From NCBI GenBank assembly GCA_013239625.1, contig MU054187.1, positions 62,001 through 126,000 on the forward strand: a stretch of 64,000 bases of DNA. The letters are read 5' to 3'. The notes beneath the pieces are model-generated. The model was not told the DNA's origin. It did no database searches and worked only from the letters and a program-made list of their open reading frames with translations. Made by a program: the position numbers and the translations under genes. Positions 26,033 through 40,257 of this stretch are shown in pieces (positions within the stretch are counted from its first letter, which is position 1; every line of letters starts with the position of its first letter). The DNA comes from Lama guanicoe. Lineage: Eukaryota.

Positions 26033-28021
26033 AGTTAATTTGCATGTGTTACAGCAGGGCCTTCTTGAACCCCCCCCCTTTTTTTTTCAGTGTACAAGAG
26101 GTTTTTACTAGAATTATGATTGTTGGCTAGAGGTCATGATATTTCCGTTCCTAAGTTCTGGTGAATCTTCTCAGAATTCCCTGTAGGAATTCTTAGAGCA
26201 GAGGTATCCTGACCAAAACCAAGGTGGAAATGCTGATTCTTAGGGTTTCCGATGTTCCCACATGTGGAAAACTGTTCTACACTCATTTTTGTTCTTACCT
26301 TTTACCTTTCATCCTGTCATTCCTCCAGTTTAATTGTAAGGTTCTGGGCTTGGCGTTAACCGTATATTGCTTTTAGATTGTAGTTAGTGTTTTTTCTTCG
26401 CTCTAAAGTCATAAGATTGAAAACCAACATTTGGCAAATAATACCTAGGTCATTGTGACCTTTTTCAGTAGTGCGTATTCTTGAAGGAGCAGTAGGTGTA
26501 TCATTGACACAGCCAGACAGCCTAGTGGCAGATGTTCACCTCGTGCGATAAAAGGCCTCAGTGTATCTTCTATAAAGTGACAGTAGTACCTGCTTTCTTC
26601 ATGTTGTTCAGAGAGGGTGTATAGATGAGTTAGTTCATGTAAACAGAATGATATGAAGAAGGGCTTCCATAGCTATAAAGTACAGGTAGACATGTGTGTA
26701 AAGTAGAGGTTCTTTGGCATATTTGTCGTTGTGAGAATTAAAAATTTGCTGTTATATATACTGCTCACATACACACACACACATATGCAGAAATAATTAG
26801 CACCTATAGGAAAACAATCACCTATAGGAAAACAAAGTAGACGGTAGTGATAATATTTATAACATGTATTAAAATATGATCTTTTGATTGTTGTAGAAAA
26901 AGTATAGGGTGCAAGTAAAAATCATAACAGAATCAGTAACACCACTGACTAGCATTTCTTGAAGGTTTACTAAATGCCAGACACTGTTCTGAGTCCTTTC
27001 TGTTTTCAACAACTGTTTCCTCATCTGGCTAGTTATGCAGTATTAGAGAATTTTCTTAACCTCTCTCTAAGCTTAGATTTTTATCATGTATGAGATGGGT
27101 ATTGATTTCTGTTCTTTCTACCTCAAAGGGATATTATTAGAATAAAATGAGATAATGTAGTAAAATGATCAGTGAACATAATTTTGTGAGATAATACGTT
27201 GGTAAGTTATGTAGCATGTAGTCATAATGGGTAGTTAACAACTGATCTTGATTTCTCTTGAGATCACAGATGTGTTAGGAGCTGCTGACTTTCCTGAATG
27301 CAGGTGGTTTACTGAATCAAAAAAATGTGTGTGTTTCTATGCATTTATAATATTGCTGTCTGTCCATCTGTCTGTTTGCTGGTAGGTAAGGACTCTTGTG
27401 AAGTGCCTGTGTGCCCGTGGTCATGAATCATCTTCCTGCCACACATGGACATTTTCTTCTTTGTATGCTGTCTTCTTGATACATGTTTAGGGTTAACATT
27501 CAGCTATCTCTGTGGGCTAAGTAACGACTCTGTACCCAAGTCCTCTTTAGTTGGGTGTTCTACCTATCAACAGTGTGCAGGTTTTATTCTTGCCTACAAC
27601 TCAGAAACCACTTTACATTTATTTGTTCGACCCGTCTGCTGATCAGTTTGTAAGGCCCACCGTGGCTTAGCTCAGTCCCTTCTTGGGATCCTTGGCCTGG
27701 TGCTTGGCTGGGTAGAACAGGAAACATGTAATCAGTACATGTTTATGGAGTAAGTAAACTAGGAACGACTAGTCAGGAAGTCAAACTGATCTCAGGAAGC
27801 CCAAATTGCTAAGAATCAGAAAACTGATCTTCCAAGAAATCTTAAGAAAGATTACTAACCTAGAAGGATTTGGCCTCTAGGAAGAGAATGTCATGCCAAA
27901 CAAGTTGAAGTTTGCCTTTTTTTTTTTTTTGTCTCTGGTTGGAGAGTATAAAATACAAATGTTCCAACTGTTCTGAAGATTTTTTTTAACTAAACTTAAC
28001 ACATTATGATTCATTGAACAG

Positions 28022-28122
28022 AGGTGGGCTGGCGGAAAGACTAAATGGACTGCAGAATCGAGAGAGATCTGCTATTTCTTTGTGGAGACATCAGTGTGTT
28101 TCTTACCAAAGGACATCTTCAG
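28022..28122 (+). CDS. SPIDR: SPIDR internal coding exon (101 bp; recalled as human exon 7 equivalent)
   Basis: Acceptor AACAG ends at 28021 and donor GTAAGG starts at 28123. AG+A completes Arg, then GGLAERLNGLQNRERSAISLWRHQCVSYQRTSS(G), a strongly conserved SPIDR segment. Phases 2 and 1 fit both neighbouring exons. Not in the supplied ORF track. Confidence 0.95.
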
Positions 28123-29894
28123 GTAAGGCTTGCACTGACATCTACAAGTAGAGAATATGCCAGTTAAAAATATTTTTACGTTAAAATATATGCAGTGGAT
28201 TATTACTGTTTTTGTGCCTTTTTTCTTCCAGGTGCCCAAAGATCTGACTTGGAGGGTCTGTTATTTTCTTGCTGTGTCTATTCCAGTAGCTTTCAGACTT
28301 TTGTGATTGTGACCCATCGTAAGCAGTACACCTTATGTCATCTTCTAATACACACATGACATTCTCTCTCTCACACACACGCACACACACCTGCAACAAA
28401 CATTTAATAAACAGCACTAACCCCAGTATATGTGATACACTCTGCATGCTCTTATTTTTACCAAAATCCTAGTCTCACTAAATTGATGCAAGACCCTTCT
28501 AATGAGTTGCAACATGCAGTTTGAAAGTCGCTACCACAATTTCTCATGACAGTGAATTAACTAAACTGTCAAGCATAGAGCTGAGAGAGTATCTTCTGGA
28601 ATTTGGACTAGAAAAATACTAAGTCAGGCAAGTGTGAGTGAGTGTGTGGAAGGAAGGGAAAAGATGATCTTCAGTTTGGCTCATAAGCACCAGATAGTTT
28701 GTTTGGAATGTTCCCTATGATTTCCCTTCTTAAATTTGGAGATACAGGATATTTAATTATACCATGAATACAAGACAAAAGCAAAATAAAACAAAAAGCC
28801 AGAGCCAAAAATTAATCCGTTAATTTGATAATATGAATGTGATCATCTCCAACAGACTTTTCTTTTAGAAGTCTGAGTTTTTTAGGAGTTTGGATTTTGA
28901 TTTTTGTTTCTTTCTCTTAGGTGAAGTTCTTATTTTTCAGATCTATGAATCCTCCCCTTGATGTCTTGTAATAATTCATATCTTTTTTCCTGTACTTTTG
29001 ATAAAACTTATAAACATATTAGGAAGAGCATTTCACTATTTGGTGTTTTGTTTCCTTTGTGGCCTAGCAGAAAAATTTTTTCCTTTCAATATAAAAATTT
29101 TTTTTCTCATTGCTATATGTTTATAGCAACTGAATAAATAAAAGAAAAACTTGAAAATGTTAAATAAAGGTAACTCCCTCTCTCCTCAGTCTGAAGAACT
29201 AAAATTTAGTAAACAGCTGAAATTCAGTGACGGATTTATTAAAATATCTCTATTACTGGTCTGAACTCTCTGCTCCTCTCAATTGCCCTGTCAAAAATGA
29301 GTGTAATTGTAGAACCTCGCCTTATGAGAGGCACTAACAATGAACCGGACACCGCACGGGAAGGACATGCGGCTCTGGGATAGCCTTGGCCTCGATAGAC
29401 GGGGAAAGAAAGGAGCACTGCCGTTCTGGGCTCAGTTTCACTGCTGCCAGGTCTGGAAGCTCAGAAGCCGCTGAGAGAGCGGCTTAGGGTGTGGACATAC
29501 CTTTGGGTTTGCAAGGTACCATGGTCAGAATCCCATCTCAGTTTTGGTTAATTTTGACTGACCAGGTGGCTGTATTGGGCTTGGCTTTCCCTTCTTCTCA
29601 TTGGGTTACTGAGAAATCTAGGAGTTAGTAGTAACTTACGAACCACATCTTGGTTTTTGTTGCAGACATTAAGTATAGCATATCTCACTGAGTCTATATT
29701 TATCTCTCTCAGGTATGAGAAATTATGGTTTACAGAATTAATCTGTAGATTATAATTGTTTGGCCTGAGTCCTTTCTACACAAGTTTCATCCATTTGAGG
29801 AGTGTTGTTTAATTATTCCACAGTTGAGAGGAACATGGGGCCTGCTTACTAATTTGAAATATTTGAGTGGATGTCTCCAACAAATCTTCCTGCC

Positions 29895-30575
29895 TTTTTT
29901 TTTTTTTTAACTTTTTGAGATAATTGTAGATTTACATGATGCTCGTGCCAGTGTGAGAAATAATGCAAGGCCCTTACCTCATTCCCCGCCAGGAGGACAT
30001 CTTCCCTAACCTTGCTGCGCGGGCACTGCCAGGAATTGATCCAGATACAGTTCATAAGCCTTACTCAGGTTTCACCAGTTTACATGCATCTATGTGTGAG
30101 CTGTGATTTTGTCACCTGTATAGATCTGTGTGCCCATCAGCACAGTGTGGACACAGAACCCATGTCACCAGGATCCCTCGTACTGCCTTTTGTAGCTGCA
30201 CCCACCTCTTACCGCCCCCCTTACCTTGCAACCACCAATCTGTTCAGAAATGGTACATAAATGAAAAAATGTGGAAGGCAACCTTTGGGGGCCATCTCTT
30301 TTCACTCAGCACTGTTCCCTTGAGATTGATTCAGGTTTGTGTGCAGTCCCTTCCTCTTACTGTTGGGCACACTCTATGATATGGGTGTGGCACATTTTGC
30401 TGCACTGTGCACCCGGCGAGGGGCATTTGGGTCATTCCAAGGTTTGGGCTATTACAAATGAAAGTGATGGGAACAAGATTTTGAGTGAACATAGAAGTTT
30501 AATTTTCTACCATAAACCATCAAGGGTGCATTTGCCAAGTGTTGTATTAAGTGTGTGTCCAGTTTTGTAAGACAT
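29895..30575 (-). mobile_element. Old L1 (L1MC-like) 3' end
   Basis: T-run, ttttgagataattgtagatttacatg, aaccaccaatctgttc and tttgggctattacaaat. Confidence 0.65.
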
Positions 30576-33500
30576 TGCATATTAGTATCAAATATTTCAG
30601 TGAGTATCTCTAACACATCTTTCTGGCTTTAAGGAAAAAGTTTTTTTTAACACCTTTAGTTTCTGGATTTCAATTTTCTTTTCTTCCCTCATGGATAGCT
30701 TCCTTTCGGGGCTATTTTCCAACTTTCACACTATTTAATAATCCATTTTGTCTCCTTGTTAGTGCCTTCTATCTAGTACATTTCAGTATCAAAGACTGTG
30801 TAAGTATCTCATGGTTCTTATAACTTTAATAAATTTTAATGTGTGCCTATGTTCTTGGGGTTTTTTGTTTGTCTGTGTTAGTTTTTTGTGACACACTCAG
30901 GAGGGACTGAGCTTCGCTGTCTGAGGAGCAGAAAGAAGTACGTGGGTTGCGCATGGCGGCCAGTGTGGTTGGCGTGTGAACACACAGAGATGCAGGGAGG
31001 CAGGCCAGAGGGCTCCAGACCTTGAGGCCACGAATGGACTTTATTCCACGTGATCCCTTGAAAACATGCATTTTAATATGTGGCTGTGGGGTAGAGAATG
31101 ATGATTATAGAAACAAGACAGAAATATTTCTTAGATTTCATCTCAGGAACCATCTCATTTTTCTTCTTCCTTTTTGAGGAGAAGCATTTTCCCAGCACTC
31201 CTCTGCCACTTACCTGGGTGTCAGTGGCCGGCTTTCATTGAGCGATATTCAGAGTATGTCTCATGTTTGCCATCTCACTTAATCCTCAGGGCAGCCCTTC
31301 CAGTTAGGGTGTGTGATTTTAGAGACAGAGGGAGTGTGGTCTGTTTTAGAGACAGAGGGAGTGTGGTCAGGCGGGGCCCTGTTTCCCGGCTAGAGGGGCA
31401 GGGCCTGGTTCCATCAGACAGCCCACCATGCTCTTCTGGGGCCGTAGTCACAGACGCGGAAGACGGAGGCTGTGTCAAATGCTGATCCTGGGGTCATGAG
31501 CACAGCAGTTCCGTCGCCTGGGCTCGCTTAGTCACAGCATGTTTGATATCTGTGTTTTTAAGAATAAAAATAGGTACAGAAAGCCTTGGATGAAAAAAAC
31601 CAGTGTATTCCTTATATTGTTCAGGAAGAGCGTAAAGAGGAAGGAAAAAAAAGACGACAAAGTGAAACCAAAAATAAATAAATAATGGACTTAAGGTAAA
31701 TTATTTTTCATAAGATTTTTTTTCCTAAAAGTTCCCTCTAAACTTCAGAAAGATGATTGTTGTGGGGGATAAAAAAGAAAGAAGCAGAATCAGTGAAGTG
31801 CAGTAACATTTACTGTCATCCAGAGCAGAATTCTCTCTGCATTTTCCTTTTCCTCAGCTCACTGCTATGGAACATGTTGAAGTGGTCACCTTAGAGTACC
31901 CTGTGCTATGCTGCGAAGGTCTGCGCTGTTCGTTTCTGTGCACGTGTGTGCATGTATGTGTCTCAAAAGTGATAAATGTGTCACTCTGTATTTAGATTAA
32001 TGTTATCAGAGCCAAGGATGAACCTAGTGATTTACATTGGTACTAGCATTTAATAGCTTTTGTGGTAGGATTTTAATTTTTTTTTTAATACCTTTCTGCC
32101 GCTGAGTCATGGTCAGCTGAAACTTTGCAAAGTGTGGACCACAATATACTGCAGCTTCTGTCAGTGCCTTTCACCAGCACTAGTCACCAGCACCCTGCCA
32201 CAGCCAAGCACGTCACTAGCCAGCCCGGTGTCCCATCTCGGTGGTAGGCAGCTCCGCAGGCTTACCTGGGTGAAGTACTAAGTCTCCTTAAAATAAATTC
32301 ACACAGAGGTGCCCACCTGTCAGATCTGTCATACACGTTAACCTTGTACTATTAATGTATCTGTTTAAAGTAAACAGGTTCAGATTTCAGGAATTCTGGT
32401 TTTCTCTTTTTTAGTTTTATAATTTTAATTTCCTAGTCTTTTTGCATTGAGGATAATTACTTCCTTATTTTTCCAACTGTGATTTTTTCAAAATTACATT
32501 CACTGCCTTACTGTTTTCCAGTGCCACATTTTATTACACACACCACCCCCTAAGCTTTTGTTGTTGTTTTGTGGAATTTTGGGTTTTTATTTGTTGTTTT
32601 CTCCTCTAGAGAACTAAATCTCTAAATTTGGGGGAGGAGGGATCTGCTGTTCAATATTTCTCCTTGGATTTCTGGATGCCAGACTTGAAAATTTTTCAGA
32701 GACAATGCAGATAAGTGAGACCCTGAAGTTCAGACTGATGTTGGTAGTACAAGGGCTGCTCCCATGGAGTGCTCCTCCCACCGGCATGCATGAGACAGCC
32801 GAGGCACCTGAGCCTCACAGTGGCCTGCACAACCACAGGGTGGCTTCCAAGTCCTAGAGTGTTGAGACGTTTTATTTTCCGGTCCCTAGAGTCAGAGATT
32901 ACTTGTTAAATGAAGGGGCAGGAGGCAGGGACTCTACCTTTTAAATCTTAAGTTTTTCACTTCCTATTCTTGTTAAACAAATACTTTTTTTCCTGGATGT
33001 TTAAAGTCACTTCAGTTAACTAATTAAAAAAAAACTGATTCTCCTGTAAATTGTATTGTAGAAGGTAAGCAAACAAAGCTCAGTGTCTTCTTCTGTAAGA
33101 TTGTCATGAACATCACTTGTGCGTTTTTTGTGTGCCCATCCTTCTGTGTTGACTTTCGTTGTGTGAAACAGATGTTCTTTTCCCACGCTGCTGCTTTACT
33201 AGTGCTTGGACTGTGGTGGTGGAGATTCGATGGTGGCAAGAGAAAGGTACAGACAAAGAGAGGGAAAGGTCATTCTTCATTTACTCATTCCACAGGTGTT
33301 TATTGAGAGCCTCCTGTGTCCCAGTCACTGTGCACCATGTCACTGCACTCGTGGAACTTTCATTTTATTAGGTGACATAGGTGATAAGCCAAGGAAAATT
33401 ACAGGTACAGGTTGGCACAGAGAAGGATCTGTGAGGATTGGGGTGGGTGCTGCACTGGACAGGCCTGGAGGAGAGCTTCACGTTACACTTTGCCTGTAGC

Positions 33501-33633
33501 CTCTGTCTAGTCTCCAGGCCAGAATATCAAAGGAATGTGGCTACAGAGTTTTGGGGCAGGAGAAGTTTTGTTACTTACCAAGTTTTGCAAGAAAAATTAT
33601 AATTTAGCTGAGATTTTGAATAGCTCATATTTT

Positions 33634-34606
33634 TCCTGTTTTTTTTCAGTTTTATTGCAATATAATTGACATCATCACTGTGTAAGTGCAAGGCATAAAG
33701 CATAATGATTTGGTATACATATATGGATTACCACAGTAAGTTTAATATCCATCATCTCGTAGAGATACAAAAAGAAGAGAAAGAAAAAATCGATTTTTTT
33801 CCTAATGCTGAGAACTCTTAGGATCCCCTCTTAACAACTTTCCCATAGATAATATAGCAGTGTTAAGTGTAGTCACCATGCTGGACATCACATTCCTAGT
33901 ACTGATTTATCTTAGAACTGAAAGTTTGTACCTTTTGATTACCTTCCTCCGATTACCCCTTCCCCCAACCCCTCTGGTAACCACAAATCCGATTTCTTTT
34001 TCTATGAGTTTGGTTTGTTGTTTTGTTTTTTAGATTAAAGTGAGATCTCATATAAGTAGGATCACACAGTACTTGTCTGTCTCTGTCCGACGTATTTCAC
34101 TTAGCATAATGCTTTCAGGGTCTATCCATGTTGTTGGAAATGGCAGAATTTCCTTCTCTTCAATGCGATAACAATATTCCCGTGTGTGTGTGTGTGTGTG
34201 TTATTATACCTTCTTTATTCATTTCATCCATTAATAGACACTTAGGTTGTTTCCGTATCTAAGCATGCTGCTGCAGTCAACATGATGGTGCAGATGTCTC
34301 TGCAACATAATGTTTTCACTTCTTTCAGATACATTCTCAGAACTGGAATTGCTGGATTACGTGGTAGTTCTGTTTTTAATTTTTGAGAATACTCCATACT
34401 GCTTGCTTTCCACGATGGTTGCACCAGTTTACATTCCTACCAACAGAGCCCAAGGGTTCCTTTTTCTCCACAGGCTAACCAGCATTATCTGTCTTCTTGA
34501 TGATAGCCATTCTGACAGGTGTGAGGTGATATCCCCTTGTGGTTTTTATTTGCATTTCTCTAATGATTAATGATATCGAGCAACTTTCCATGTGCTTGTT
34601 GACCTC
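33634..34606 (-). mobile_element. 5'-truncated L1 with target-site duplication
   Basis: L1 3'UTR and ORF2 end, flanked by aatagctcatatttt (33619-33633) and aatagcccatatttt (34607-34621). Confidence 0.87.
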
Positions 34607-37600
34607 AATAGCCCATATTTTAAACATTTTTCCATGTGTATAAAATCATTATAATTGAAAGGTTTCTTTGGGGTTATACTGAAGCACAATAAGAATCATT
34701 TTATTTAGTATACATTATATTCAAGCAGTGAAATATAAAAATACAATTTAAAGCTTTGGGAAATCTAGGATGCAGTGGATTTTTATTTGAAGTGCCTTTA
34801 CCATGTGAATATTTGCTTTTCTTAAATTGCTGTTTTGTGTCAAAATATAACAAAGAAAAAAGTATAGAAAACATGCAGCTTATTTAACAGGTGCTTTTAA
34901 AGCAAGTACCTCTATAATCATCACTACTCAAAGAATAGAAATAGGTGATTTTCAGTTAATTTCAGTATTTTTTACTCATTAGAGAAATACAGTATATTGG
35001 TGCTTCATTTCTTTTTGGTTTTTCACATGTTGCCTTAGTATTTTAACTTGTGTGTATTTGTTTGTTTTACTTTAGCTCTTATTTCATTCATTTTTTCAGT
35101 CTTCTATTAAGCAGCAAATATAGGTCCATCAATGAGAGAACTGTCTGTCTCTATCATAACATAATTGTTTTTTTCCTGTTTCCTTATTTAAAATTAATAT
35201 TAAAGCTTTATTCCTTAGAAGGAAACAAAACAGTAGTTTACACTTGAAGGTGTTTTAATAATGTCTGTAAAATTTTACCTACTGATGCACATTTTGGAAA
35301 ATCAGAAGAAAAACAAAGCCAAAGGAAATAAAGGGTTACTCTGTAGGACTCTAAAGGAGAAAGACCACGATGAGTTACTCCTGAAGAATGTTGTATTTAT
35401 ACAGTATCAAGAAAAATTGAAAGATATGTTCCTTATTCTGATGGTTATAGTTAAATTAAATTCTCAGGATCATGCCCCTGGGCAAGTCAAATGCTCTTAG
35501 ATTTTCTTCACTTTATATAACACTTTGTAAGTGTTAGTTAATACTATAAAATAAATTGCAGAAAATTGTTAGCAAAGGCTGTCATTGGAAAGGGTGTTCG
35601 GACAGGGTTATTTTTTTGTAAAAGGAGAAATTTGTTAAAATCAAGTTGAGTATTGTCTTCACAATTAGAGAAGAAGAGAGGAAAATATGACATGGTAGAG
35701 TTTCACCCTGACTTTTACTCAAGGTACTAAAACGTGTACCTTTGTGTCAAGAAGTGAAAACTTCAGTAACAAGGCTGGTTTTCCCAGGGAGGCAGTTTTT
35801 GCAGCACAGAGTTTAAGTTGTTCTTTGTCCTCGAATGTGGTTAGCTGTGAACACTCAGTCCCCAGGGCCAGGATGGTCTCCCCGGGTGCTTCTCCTGGAG
35901 CCCTCCTCGTACCTGTGTGAATCTTATGTGACCATCGAGGGCCCCTGATGCCCAGAAAGCATCAGAAGACTAGACTTGAGAAGATGGCCTGAGGCTGCCC
36001 ATGGCCCTAGGGTCCCTCTGACCAACCTCCAGAGAGTGGCTCAGCACCCGAGGAGTGGGGTCCCCTCGGCCTTGTTGGGAGCAGGTAGCCAGAAATCTGG
36101 CTCCTGCCTCTTTCTCAATGCTTCCAAGGGGCTCCCCTGAGGCCTGGGAGTCCCCTGAAAAGGGGTCATATGCCAGACGCCCCACTTGAGTGGTCAGGAG
36201 AGGAAGAAGGAACATTCAGGCCAGCATTCTCTGTACAGGAACAGCTAAGAATTTTGTGTAGATGTGTGTGTGTCTCATTGCTAATTACCTAACTTCCTAG
36301 TTTCTTTGATGCAGTGTTTTCTCATAATTACAAAGTGTCTTGGGATAGAAATTGTTAGGCTGATTGTTTCTTCCAAAGCAAGTTGGTTGGTAAACTAAGA
36401 TTCCTCTATTTGGTTGAAAAATAATTGTTAGAAAATATATATGATTTAATCTGAGTCTTCTAATATTGAGTGTTTAAAGCCAGGAAAGCGAGGCGTGTAA
36501 TTGGGTGTTCATTTAATTTGGTTGATATTTTTGGCAATGTTTTATGCCTTTTAAATCTTTAGTTTCTGTGGGGACATAGGATTTTTGACATAATATGACA
36601 GGTTTTAAAACAATGCATGTTTGTTTAGATTTACAAAATGAGAATGACATGGATCAAAGAGGGTTCTAATTCTTAGTTCAGAGTCTCCAAAAAGTCATTT
36701 AAATTTTTTTCTTAAAGTCCTTAATCTCCCTTACTTACCACCCTTTGCTTCAAGCGAAGGGACACTGCTTGTGACCTTCTCCTTGTGAGTCTGTGCCACG
36801 TTGCTGGAGAGGTTTCTCTGCAGTTCCTTCTCTTAACTTCCCCTTTCCTCCGGGGACAAGGGAGCTGCCTCTGTGTTATCTCCAGCTTCCCTCGGCCAGT
36901 AGAACCAGAAAGCCAATTAATAGTGTCTAAGCTTTATGTTTCCCCTTTTTTATATCCAGACCCACATTTCAATACAGCAGTGGTATTTAATATTGTTCTC
37001 TGTAATCAGGGGTGAGAGGAACACACGTGTAATACTCTCGAGTTAAGTCAGAAGCAAACTGTGATACTAGTTTGCCCATTGTTAGAGCTGTGATTTCATG
37101 TCCCAAATTACTGTAATTTCCCGTGATCATTTTAAGTATATGTTAGCAGAAGAGTAAAGAGTTTGTATGTGATTTTCATAATCTGGAGGTATTTCATAAT
37201 CATATTAGAAATAATGACGGGGCCCGAGAAATAAAGGAAAGGGTACTAACACCAGTCTCAGCTCTGTGGCTAACGTGTCTGTTACCCCTTAGCTGCTTCT
37301 GTCACATCCATTTTTATCTCTTGTGAGTTTTTCTACCAAAAAAATCTATGAAATGAGATTTGGTGATAGCAACAGAATTAAATGATGCTTTCAGGTCCCC
37401 TGTAAATTTATTTAATCTATGCTTTCTCCATTTATTTTTACATGAATAGGAAAATAGTTCTACAAATTGTTTTCTCAGAGATCTGAGGTTCAAAAGAATC
37501 TTTATTTCTGTGTCTGTTGTAAATGATCCAAAAATAAGACTGCAGAGTTAGGCCATTCCAAGTGAATTATATAGTGGGTGAGACATGTTTTCTGTTGAAT

Positions 37601-38299
37601 TCTTCATGTAGCTCAATGAAGAAAAATTCATTCATAGAGTTAAATTGGGACCTTGTTAATGATGAAAATTACCTATATGTTCAAAACCCTGTTTCTAACC
37701 TTTAGAAAAATCTTGATACTGGCAAGGCAGCATTTTCTTTGGCTTCCTCAACCAATTGTCATTTTTACCCTCCAACCTATTTCAGTATTGCACTGGCCTT
37801 TGTCCATGCTGTGAAACCTTGTGTGTGTCATCTTAACCTTTTCACCAATCCGGTTTTCTATACTTCTTCACATCATTTTTATTTTCAAAGGGGTTATAGT
37901 TTCCACTGGGGACCTGGTGCTTGAAGGAGCCTGTTTGAAAGTGCTTACCCAGACTTGACTTTCCTCATCTCCCAGGGATGATGGTGAGGGGTGCGTCGGC
38001 AGACCAGGTGGCCCACGTGCATGAATCCTGCTGAGAGGAGGTGACCTAAGAATGGGTGGTGGCTGATCCTGCAGTGTTACTTACCTGTCTGAGCAGATTG
38101 CTGGTAAAGTTGTTTGTTACAAAATAAGAAGCTTTTAAGCTTACAAGCAGAATAATTAAGTTTTTGGATTAGTAAAATGCCTTATACAGTTGACAAGAAT
38201 CAGAAACCACTTTTGTATCGTGCTAGTGACTTAAAAGAGTAACCACCTCCACACACCCCTTCCGTCCAGTGTGGCGCCACTTCTCCCATGCGCAGGAGT

Positions 38300-39245
38300 T
38301 GTCCTTCCTCACTGCCATCTTCTGCAGCGTCCACACGGTCTCCCCCGTGGTTTCCCTTCTCCTGTGTTCATTTTCCTTCTTGATTCTGTGCTGACTCCTC
38401 CTCTGTGTGCAGCTTCAACAGGTATTCCTCAGGCTTCTGTCCTGGCCCTCTTCTTGTTCCGTGTCCCCTTCCTGGATAATCTGGGATTTCCATGCTGCCT
38501 CCCCCGGGACTGCCGGGCAGTCTGGTAACTCTGTCCTGCGGGCTTTCCTGGCCCAGCCCCAGCACCACCTTTGCCTCAGAGTCCTGCATACCCAGCAGAC
38601 CCAACGGGGCCCCAGCACCTGCCTGCCCTGGCCCATGAACCGAGCAGTCTTAGATCGGGCTTTCTTACACATTGTTTCAATCCGTATGGTCCCTAGATGC
38701 TAGTGATTCTACTTCTGTCCTGTCTGTCAAGCCAGACCTCTTCAGTGATCCCATCTGCCACTGGTTCAGACCCTGCGCCCTTGTGCCTGGACTCCTGTGT
38801 CAGTCTCTGTCTGGTCTCCCTGCCACTGCCCTTTCCTCGTTTTCTGCCTGTCAGGGTCATCATCCTAAGAGGCAAATCTGGTATCACTCCTCTGCTCTAA
38901 AACTTTCCACTGACTGCCTCTTGTATTGGAGTGTATGTTCATCACTGTTAAACTCTGGGGGCATTCTCGGATGTGCTGCCAGCCTACCTGATGGCCCCTG
39001 CTGTGCTGCCCTGCACAGACACAGCACTGCACACCTCCTTCCTGGATCAGCTGTGTCTTTCATGATATACGCTTGATCACTAGGCCTCGCATACTTTTCT
39101 TTCTATGTAGTTATACTCCCGGGGTCCTGTTGTATTGTAATTACACGAGTTTAGGTAAATGTAACTCCTCAGAGTGCTGCAAGGGTGCAGTACTTAACTA
39201 AGCAGTGCTTGGCAACTCAGGAAGTGTTTGTGAGTAAATGAATGG
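38300..39245 (+). mobile_element. L2 relic
   Basis: GIPQASVLALFLF resembles the L2 RT motif GVPQGSVLGPLLF; 3' end reads gtgcttggca...gtaaatgaatg. Confidence 0.65.
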
Positions 39246-40257
39246 TTGTCAGTGGTGAATTTAATAGTTTTACATGACACCAGAGTGCAAAAATGTCCCA
39301 ACTCCGCTGGAGCTAAAGACCCACGCAGGTCACTTGATTTGTGACTGTTTTTTAGGTTGTTTCTTCTGTGTTGCTGTTCCACCTGGCCTTGTCTACTGTT
39401 CCCACGTAGAGTCACTCTCAAGCATATCCCCCCCGGGGCCTGAGAATTTCCCTTGTGATCACAGGCTCTGGTCTCTCCTTGTGTGTCCTTCCCAAGAAGC
39501 TCTTTTATGATATCATCTCATTTTAATCCTGAAGCTGATTTCTCTTCTTTTTCCTCTCCTCCCTGCTAGTGTTTGTTACAGTGTCCTTGGAAGGAGATGG
39601 CACCCATGACCAAAATATTTACTTTTCTTTAGTAGTAGTGAATTCACTGTACTCCTACCGGGACGTGCACTGTTTGGCTAATTATAGATTTTGCCTGTTT
39701 TGACCCAATTTAAAGTGACTTAACTGATGAATGAGAAGTTGTTCATTAGAATATCCTTTATTAATAGTTCTCACAGAATGGGCAGGGGTTGAGGGCTGGT
39801 ATTGGAATAAGTATCAAGAATAAAATGGTGGTAGGGACACACTGAATTTCATCAGCGCATCAGTAAGTGTGTCTTCAGTCCATTTCACTGCAGGGTTTGC
39901 AGTGTGTTGGCCTCCCAGTCAGTACGCTGTTCTGGACAGATGCTTGTGCAATTGTAGCCTCCTTCAGGACTGCTTAGAGGAGGGTGAGTCTGAGCTCTAA
40001 ATGCTAGAGGACTCGAGTAACCATCCACAATTAGTAATTTGCTATTTTGTAATTGGTTTCCTGAAATTTTTCTCAACACATTTATTTATTTTTCAGTTGA
40101 TGTTAAATTTATAAAAAAAAATAGAGATATTTAGCACCCTTGTGCCCTTTTAAAAGTTGTTTTCAGTGTGACTTTTGGACACCATTTTAATCCTGTTTTC
40201 CAAGCCAAAAACATTGCCTCCAATGAAATAAGGTTTTTAAATAAGGACATTTTTCGA

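Noticed and set aside
27985..28021. U12-type intron suggested by CTTAAC near a pyrimidine-poor acceptor
   Set aside because: The upstream donor is GTTAAA rather than GTATCCTT, and the branch motif lacks the TCCTTAAC core.
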